Positions 57,739-64,000 of a stretch of DNA of 64,000 nucleotides are shown in pieces. The stretch's first letter is position 1, and every line of letters begins with the position of its first letter. The notes under the pieces are model-generated. The model worked only from the letters and a program-made list of their open reading frames with translations. It made no database searches and was not told where the DNA came from. This DNA comes from an uncultured virus (IMG/VR IMGVR_UViG_3300048836_000122) (lineage: Duplodnaviria > Heunggongvirae > Uroviricota > Caudoviricetes), in IMG/VR virus record IMGVR_UViG_3300048836_000122; one strand, written 5' to 3'. The translations under genes were made by a program, and so were the position numbers.

Positions 57739-58296
57739 ATGACGGCGGGTATTAATTATGTCCTTATCGAACCGGACCCGGATAATACCGATTTACATGG
57801 AGTGCGCATGAGTGGCGAATTTGACCAAGAACGAATGTGGTCGGTTTATGGCACGGTAAAAGCACTGCCATCAAAGCTGTGGTTTCATCCACTTACCGGC
57901 AACCTGGAAATTGATCGCTGGATCACCGACAAGAGTTTGGAATGGGAAACGGACATGGAACTCAAAATAGGCGACCGAGTGCTATTCAGGTACAATGCCT
58001 GGATGGACGAAGAAGGCCTAAGCACCTCCGGCATGATGGTAAAATACGATGCGATATATGCCAAGCTGGATCCAGTTACTCCTTTAAACGGATATGTATT
58101 CGTAGATGACGAAGGGAATGTCAAGTATAAGGGAGGGTTAAACAAAAGGTATCTTCACTATCCAGAAAGGGAAGATGGGGAAATCGGAACTAAAATATAT
58201 CCTGTGAGGCGTAGCGTTCGCATGGAAGCAGACGAGTTTGCTAAAATGGGGTTACGCAGGATGCAACGAAAAGAAATTTTGTGTTATGAAAAGTAA
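57739..58296 (+). CDS. GroES-like-fold phage protein
   Basis: NYVLIEP, GTVKALP, LKIGDRVLF, then a second PLNGYVFV repeat. Confidence 0.5.
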   Translation: MTAGINYVLIEPDPDNTDLHGVRMSGEFDQERMWSVYGTVKALPSKLWFHPLTGNLEIDRWITDKSLEWETDMELKIGDRVLFRYNAWMDEEGLSTSGMMVKYDAIYAKLDPVTPLNGYVFVDDEGNVKYKGGLNKRYLHYPEREDGEIGTKIYPVRRSVRMEADEFAKMGLRRMQRKEILCYEK

Positions 58297-58522
58297 AAAC
58301 GAAAGCTGGCCGACAGCAAAACCGACAATTGGAGAAGAAAGAGTACGGACGGACTTCAACCCCTTAAAGAACGGCAGGATTGATGAAATTAAGCAAAAGA
58401 CCGCTGAATTGATTAATTTGTGCGAAGAATTAAAGGCGAGGGACGGTCGATTAGCTTCATTGGCTCAAACAGCTTATGAGGAGGCGGCAATGTGGGCGGT
58501 AAAAGCGACTTCAACCCCTTAA
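58286..58522 (+). CDS. Acb2/Tad1-like helical-hairpin protein (candidate anti-defence sponge)
   Basis: RLASLAQTAYEEAAMWAVKA resembles the R.xSLA.T..EEA.MW motif. Confidence 0.55.
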   Translation: MKSKNESWPTAKPTIGEERVRTDFNPLKNGRIDEIKQKTAELINLCEELKARDGRLASLAQTAYEEAAMWAVKATSTP

Positions 58523-58588
58523 AGGACGGCACGATCAAGATACAAGAATTAAGATGAACTTATTTCTCCCGTGGATTACGAGAGAGCG

Positions 58589-58623
58589 GAGGGGATAGTC
58601 TGAGCAGCTATCCCCTTTTTTTT
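58589..58623 (+). terminator. intrinsic terminator
   Basis: ggggatag...ctatcccc followed by a T-run. Confidence 0.7.
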
Positions 58624-58657
58624 GCTATGTATGAAATAATATATATATCTTTGTACG

Positions 58658-59215
58658 GTGAAGTACCCAATAGTAAACGGAATGGCAAAGGCATATCCTG
58701 AACTTCAACCGTTACAGGACTACTACATGCGCGACATGTCTGCTAAAGAAGCAGATGGGTTGCTAAAATACTTCTCAGTCCTAACGGACAGAGAGAACAA
58801 AGAAAGGACAATCAAAGGGAGAGAAAACCTGGCGCTGAAAGCATCACCGGGAATTGAGATCATCGTAAACGGATCCAGAGAACAAGGAGAAGCAAAGTAC
58901 TCAAACAAGTACAATGAATATCTGACTTCATGGTTCAAAATCGTTTACGATATCAAATTAAGTATATGGTTTGGGCTCAAGACAGCACTACACAACCAGG
59001 TCAATTACTTATTACAACCATTGGACCAGACCGATGTAAATCGAGAGGCCGAAGGACGTAAGAAAATTGCAAAAGAAATCGAAGACCTGCAAGCCCGTGT
59101 AGAGCGAATGGAGCGAGACCTGTTTAATCCCGAACAGAAAAAGATTGTCAATGAAACTTTGGAGAAACATAGTTTTGCTGGTTATAGCGAGCTTTTTGCT
59201 ATCAACCGTAACTAA
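58658..59215 (+). CDS. hypothetical helical protein
   Basis: 185 aa behind a TATCTTTG box at 58646. Confidence 0.5.
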   Translation: MKYPIVNGMAKAYPELQPLQDYYMRDMSAKEADGLLKYFSVLTDRENKERTIKGRENLALKASPGIEIIVNGSREQGEAKYSNKYNEYLTSWFKIVYDIKLSIWFGLKTALHNQVNYLLQPLDQTDVNREAEGRKKIAKEIEDLQARVERMERDLFNPEQKKIVNETLEKHSFAGYSELFAINRN

Positions 59216-62200
59216 AGGTCAAGAACTGATTAAAATAAATGACACGCTCTATCGTGCCACTAAAGACGTACCGATTATCATATCGGTAAACAGCACCTCC
59301 GTATATTTAGAAACCACAAATTTCGGCAGAGAACAGGCCAATGTTCCGCTGGACACAATCCTCGCAAGAGCATGCACTAAATATTTCAAGGCAACCCTTC
59401 AAGACGGAAGGGTTTATGCATTTAATAAAGACTTTGTGAGGCGAGTAGCATCCCGGACCAACAACCGGTCGTATGTGTATATGATACACACTCCCACAAG
59501 GTATGACATTATAGAAAGCGTATCCGTATTGGCACAGCGAATGGCATTATGCGGAGGCGTAGATGTGTTTGAGTATCAAGAACTGTACTTACAAGGCGAT
59601 TCATTATACATAACCAACGGAAACGGTGTACCATTGGATAGCATGCTCGAAGGAATAAGCTACACCGCCGGAACAGGGATAGACATTACCGCTAACCGGA
59701 TTACAAACACCGGAGACACTAATCCGCTGGATGACGTGCTAAAGACCACAAACCACGACGGAGACGTAACCGGAGTATATAATATGCTGGTCGTTAAAGA
59801 TGGGGCTATTACGATAAATAAGCTGGACAGTCTAAACGTGCTTACATGGATCATCGATAATTTCCCACTGATTGATTCAACAAGGTTCGACACTACAAAC
59901 ATTCTCACATGGATATACAACCACGTAGATACAACGGATTTAGACGAGCAAACCTTATACATTCAAGGCGATTCGCTCTACATAACCAATGGCAACGGTA
60001 TTCCATTAGATTCCATCAGAAGTGGCGAACTGCCTGGTGGTGAAAGAGGAGAGACTTTATGGTACGATGGAACTGATTGGATTGTAGATAGCTCGATTTA
60101 CAACGATGGCGCTCAAGTAGGCGTACATGCACCGTTGATATGGCCTGGAACGATGACGGTCTATGGAGACACGATCATGACATTTTCGGGAGACACGACC
60201 TACATGCGAGTGATCACGAAAGGAAACAATATCTGGTTTGACTACAAAGGCGAATGGTTTATAATTAAGGATTCTACTGAACTCACGGGAGGTTTTGGAG
60301 TCCGAAGTGGAACGCTAAAGCCACGGTACGAAGTAGCTATTCCAGGTCGAATAACCATTGGAGGCATCCACGACAACTCTACAGGAGAATCAAATGCGAT
60401 GTTCTTTGGCCAAGATGCCATGACAGGGTCTATTTTAGATGCCGCTCCAACAGGAACATCTACGTACAACACGATCAAAATAGCTGGACAAATCAACCAG
60501 TTCAGCGGAACAGGCGTAACGAGGGGAATTCTAATCCAACCAGCTATCAACGGAGCCGCAGATTATAGAGGTATAGAAATCGCCAACAGTTCAGGTATAG
60601 GCATAAGACAGTCCGGAGAACTTGTCACCAATAGAATATTTGGGAAAACATCATTTGGATCACTACTAACCCCAGCGAGAGCAGTACACAACTATGGACA
60701 GACCCGGCTACAAACACCGGTCACCGGAGCCGATGGACTTGCCGGGATTCACCTGGCTAACGGAGACGTAGCACACGTTGCGTTAGGAGGAGGTCTGTAC
60801 ATGAGTGGAGACACCTTGTATAGCACAGCATTTGGCGACGATGGCTTAAACGGAGAAGGAGTACCGAATTACCTTGCAAAATGGACCCCGGATTCAACAT
60901 CACTTGGGATAAGTCAGTTTTATGACAACGGTACCAACATGGGTCTGAACAACACTGCGCCGGTGCGAAAACTTGATGTAACCGGTGACATGCGAGTAAG
61001 TGGATCGGTAGATACGGCATCCGCATCAAAGGTATGGGTCGGAAATGCAGCCGGAGACTTGCGGAAAGTGAACATGGGCTCAGACTTAATTGTCCAAGGT
61101 GATTCCATAAAAGTAGTAGGCGGAGTGGCCGGAGATGGAAGTCCATACTACCTGGCACGATGGGCACCAGACTCCACCACTCTGAATACATCCACGGTAT
61201 ATGACAGTTTCAGAGTAGGGATAAACACGAAAGTGCCGGATGCCGCATTAGAAGTGCGAGGAGACGCAAACGATGTCAATCTATTCAGAATAGCCAGACA
61301 AGAAGGAGATAAACTGTACGAAGTGGACAGCACAGGCGCCATGTTCATCGGAAACGCCAGTACAAGGTCATATATTTACCCATACGGAGGGTCTTCAACG
61401 CCAAACATCAACAATAGAGGGATTGGTTTTTATTCAAGATCCACAGTTACGTTGGGGCATTATTTCGGAGGAATCAATGTAGGTAATTCAGCCGGAACAT
61501 ATCCATCAATACTTGCAGAAAGGACATGGAACCCGGCATCAGGATCAGGAACATTCAAATTACTTGAACTAAAACCTACCATAAACCAAGGCGGCAGCGC
61601 AACCGGGCGATCCTATGGATTGTATATCGAGCCAGTGCTTACAAGTTCAGCAGAATGGATAGGAGCCTATACAACCGGGACAGACGGCACCGGATTCCTG
61701 CAAGAAGGGTCATCCCAGACAAACCGATTTGAAGGGAACACAACCATTGGTTCCGCAATTGCAGGAGTAAGAACAGGGCAGATTACCGGAGATTTCCGAG
61801 TAACAGAGGATGTAGATACTGCAACGGTATCAAACCTTTGGGGGGCGAATACACTTGGCGACTTCAATAAAGTATTAATTGGGTCAGGCTTAGACGTGAC
61901 AGGAGACAGCATCTCCGCAAGTTATTATTGGTCATTGGAAGATGGAGCAGAAGCCACGTCATTTTTGGAGGGTGATGTGTTGACAGTACTTGGAACAGGA
62001 AGCGTAACAGCTACTTTGGACACAGCAACCAAGACCCTAACTATAAACGGAGCAGGACCGGCCGGAGATGGAGGAGAAACGAACTTGGGGCTAAATGTTG
62101 GCCCGGGTGAAGAAATTTATAAAGGGAAAACCGACACTACGCTGTTGTTTAGGACATTGGTGGACCAAGGTATTGCAGAGGTCAACCAGGTTGGAGATTC

Positions 62201-63707
62201 AGTCATTATAAATGTACCGGCTCAAACATTGTCGGTTAGTAATGATTCAATTTTCATAAGTTTAGGAAATGGCGTAAAGGTGCCAAATGTTCCGGCAAAT
62301 GGCACGGTTTTGAATTCGACATTAAGATGGAGCGGATCGGCATGGGTTGAAAACGATTCTCTATTGGTGAATGCAGACGGAGAAGCCGCAGCCGGGGGAG
62401 CAGCGATAAATACAGCAAGGAGCATAGTCACGACCAAGGATGTAGAAATAAATACGATAAGAGTAGGAACAGGAAACAGCAGTGTTCCAGGTAATACGGC
62501 CGTAGGCGTAAGGGCGCTGAACGTGATTGGTGCTTTGGGAGGAGATAATACAGCAATTGGATACGAAACATTGCAAGGATTAACAGGAAATGCTTCAAGG
62601 AATACAGCTGTGGGCATGGAAGCGCTGAGAACGGCGAATTCCGGCGGTGCCAACACAGCCATAGGTCGCCAAGCATTAAGAAGCTCCACAAACGCCTCCG
62701 AGAATACAGCATTGGGAGGACTTGCACTATTCTCTACATCAACGAGCGGATCAAATGTTGGAGTAGGATACGAAGCCGGGCGCACATTGTCGGGAGCAGG
62801 GAGGACATTTAATACAGTCATGGGGCATAATGTTGGGCGCAATGGATTGTATGCAAATTCCACCTTTTTAGGAGCCGCAGCGGGATTCAATTCCAGTTCA
62901 AGTAATAGCGTATTTATCGGAAGAAATGCCGGGTTTAGCGTAAACAAGGACTCGACCTTACTTATTGACGTGACCAGCGATACTGTTGCGACCATCGTAG
63001 GCGATTTCAGAGGCAGAAAAGTAGGTATTAACCGCAACCCTTTCGGGATTGCTCGAAGGCTGGATGTAGGCGGTGACTTGCGGGTTCGGGATGACGTTGA
63101 TAGCACCACGGTCACGCAGTTTTGGGCAGGGAACTTGGAAGGCGATTTAAAAAGAATGTATATTGGAGATGGTCTTGGAATTGTTGGCGATACGATTAAG
63201 GTGACGTATGTTGAGCAGCCTCCAAGTCCATATATTCTAGCACAGAACGAAAGTATATCGCCATATACAGATACGATTGCAAGTAACAATTCCAAGAATA
63301 TACGATTTCCAAATATTGGTCCTTCGCAAGATTGGGTGCTGTCAGCCAATCAAATTGAATACCAAGGTTTAGACTCACTTATGTCAAAAATACATGTAGA
63401 GGTTGACTTATCTGCATCAAACGGTACCTTGATAGAGTTTCGATTAAGAGCAAACGTATTTGGAGGCACCTCAATGGACGTGATACATCGCAGAAGAATA
63501 AGCCTAAACGGAGATATTACTAATATTTCGTTGGATTATTTGTATGGGGTAGCACCTGATGGTCTATTTTGCCCTAGCTCAGGTGCGGCCAGTTTGTTTG
63601 ATGTCGAGATAACCAATGTGTCCGGAGATCAACGAACATTTACCATTTACACAGCGAGTATATCCAATATAAAGGTTGGAGAATACGAACCTACCTGCCC
63701 ACTTTAA
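59151..63707 (+). CDS. long fibre/adhesin-like protein with N-terminal signal peptide
   Basis: MKLWRNIVLLVIASFLLSTVTKG|Q; YTAGTGIDIT neck motif; NTAVG/NTAIG beta-roll repeats; YLAKW/YLARW repeats. Confidence 0.7.
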   Translation: MKLWRNIVLLVIASFLLSTVTKGQELIKINDTLYRATKDVPIIISVNSTSVYLETTNFGREQANVPLDTILARACTKYFKATLQDGRVYAFNKDFVRRVASRTNNRSYVYMIHTPTRYDIIESVSVLAQRMALCGGVDVFEYQELYLQGDSLYITNGNGVPLDSMLEGISYTAGTGIDITANRITNTGDTNPLDDVLKTTNHDGDVTGVYNMLVVKDGAITINKLDSLNVLTWIIDNFPLIDSTRFDTTNILTWIYNHVDTTDLDEQTLYIQGDSLYITNGNGIPLDSIRSGELPGGERGETLWYDGTDWIVDSSIYNDGAQVGVHAPLIWPGTMTVYGDTIMTFSGDTTYMRVITKGNNIWFDYKGEWFIIKDSTELTGGFGVRSGTLKPRYEVAIPGRITIGGIHDNSTGESNAMFFGQDAMTGSILDAAPTGTSTYNTIKIAGQINQFSGTGVTRGILIQPAINGAADYRGIEIANSSGIGIRQSGELVTNRIFGKTSFGSLLTPARAVHNYGQTRLQTPVTGADGLAGIHLANGDVAHVALGGGLYMSGDTLYSTAFGDDGLNGEGVPNYLAKWTPDSTSLGISQFYDNGTNMGLNNTAPVRKLDVTGDMRVSGSVDTASASKVWVGNAAGDLRKVNMGSDLIVQGDSIKVVGGVAGDGSPYYLARWAPDSTTLNTSTVYDSFRVGINTKVPDAALEVRGDANDVNLFRIARQEGDKLYEVDSTGAMFIGNASTRSYIYPYGGSSTPNINNRGIGFYSRSTVTLGHYFGGINVGNSAGTYPSILAERTWNPASGSGTFKLLELKPTINQGGSATGRSYGLYIEPVLTSSAEWIGAYTTGTDGTGFLQEGSSQTNRFEGNTTIGSAIAGVRTGQITGDFRVTEDVDTATVSNLWGANTLGDFNKVLIGSGLDVTGDSISASYYWSLEDGAEATSFLEGDVLTVLGTGSVTATLDTATKTLTINGAGPAGDGGETNLGLNVGPGEEIYKGKTDTTLLFRTLVDQGIAEVNQVGDSVIINVPAQTLSVSNDSIFISLGNGVKVPNVPANGTVLNSTLRWSGSAWVENDSLLVNADGEAAAGGAAINTARSIVTTKDVEINTIRVGTGNSSVPGNTAVGVRALNVIGALGGDNTAIGYETLQGLTGNASRNTAVGMEALRTANSGGANTAIGRQALRSSTNASENTALGGLALFSTSTSGSNVGVGYEAGRTLSGAGRTFNTVMGHNVGRNGLYANSTFLGAAAGFNSSSSNSVFIGRNAGFSVNKDSTLLIDVTSDTVATIVGDFRGRKVGINRNPFGIARRLDVGGDLRVRDDVDSTTVTQFWAGNLEGDLKRMYIGDGLGIVGDTIKVTYVEQPPSPYILAQNESISPYTDTIASNNSKNIRFPNIGPSQDWVLSANQIEYQGLDSLMSKIHVEVDLSASNGTLIEFRLRANVFGGTSMDVIHRRRISLNGDITNISLDYLYGVAPDGLFCPSSGAASLFDVEITNVSGDQRTFTIYTASISNIKVGEYEPTCPL

Positions 63708-63717
63708 ACAACAAAAC

Positions 63718-64000
63718 ATGAAGTACTTATTTTTAATTATCGCATTATTTGGAGCATTCGGACTAACAGCACAAGTCACGGACGCATCACCAATTGACAC
63801 CGCCTATGTTCTTGTAGAAACAGGCGAAGTTGAATCAGAACTGTACAGTAGGTTAAACTACGTCACAGTATCCGGGGGCTACATAACCCAGGAGCGGACA
63901 CCTCCGGAGTTAGCCACACCATTTATGGTCCGGCTACTGGCAGATCAAGCGCAATGGGGACAAGCAATAACAAACATCGATGCAGAGATAGCGGCATTAC
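63718..64000 (+). CDS. 3'-partial secreted protein
   Basis: MKYLFLIIALFGAFGLTA|Q; frame open to the window end. Confidence 0.55.
   Translation, partial: MKYLFLIIALFGAFGLTAQVTDASPIDTAYVLVETGEVESELYSRLNYVTVSGGYITQERTPPELATPFMVRLLADQAQWGQAITNIDAEIAAL

Noticed and set aside
62222..63349. 375-aa minus-strand ORF, and similar ones opposite the first fibre and the giant gene
   Set aside because: Antisense shadows produced by codon bias of the real genes.
1..64000. Stop-codon reassignment as in some crAss-like phages
   Set aside because: Long ORFs are intact under the standard code, and TAG, TGA and TAA all end genes.

Overview
A 64 kb segment of a tailed dsDNA phage, most likely podovirus-like and infecting Bacteroidota. 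The host call rests on many TAnnTTTG promoter boxes, a DUF3127-type SSB and an Hc1-like protein. 1-25.4 kb (+): tail ring proteins, a long fibre-like protein, a tail stabilisation protein, putative ejection proteins and a 3963-aa polyvalent protein. 25.4-26.8 kb: a TnpB-only IS200/IS605 element. 26.8-41.5 kb: recombination and replication genes (nucleases, SSB, initiator with iterons, methylase, DnaB). 41.5-47.3 kb (-): an early-type operon (small tyrosine recombinase, ligase domain, sliding clamp) punctuated by two tRNA-like elements and a hammerhead ribozyme. 47.3-48.2 kb: a non-coding strand switch. 48.2-64 kb (+): GroEL/GroES, a cassette array, a second TnpB, an amidase, an Acb2/Tad1-like protein and a second fibre-like protein. 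Main findings: (1) an integron-like array of GTT...AAC-bounded cassettes separated by attC-like hairpins (51.5-55.1 kb), ending at an attI-like site beside a truncated integrase, with some ORFs starting inside the hairpins; (2) fibre-like proteins carrying Sec signal peptides and dense Bacteroidota O-glycosylation sequons; (3) several structured RNAs, including tandem kissing-loop elements with covarying loops. No terminase large subunit, portal, major capsid or DNA polymerase was recognised. All calls are by-eye motif recognition; no searches were run.
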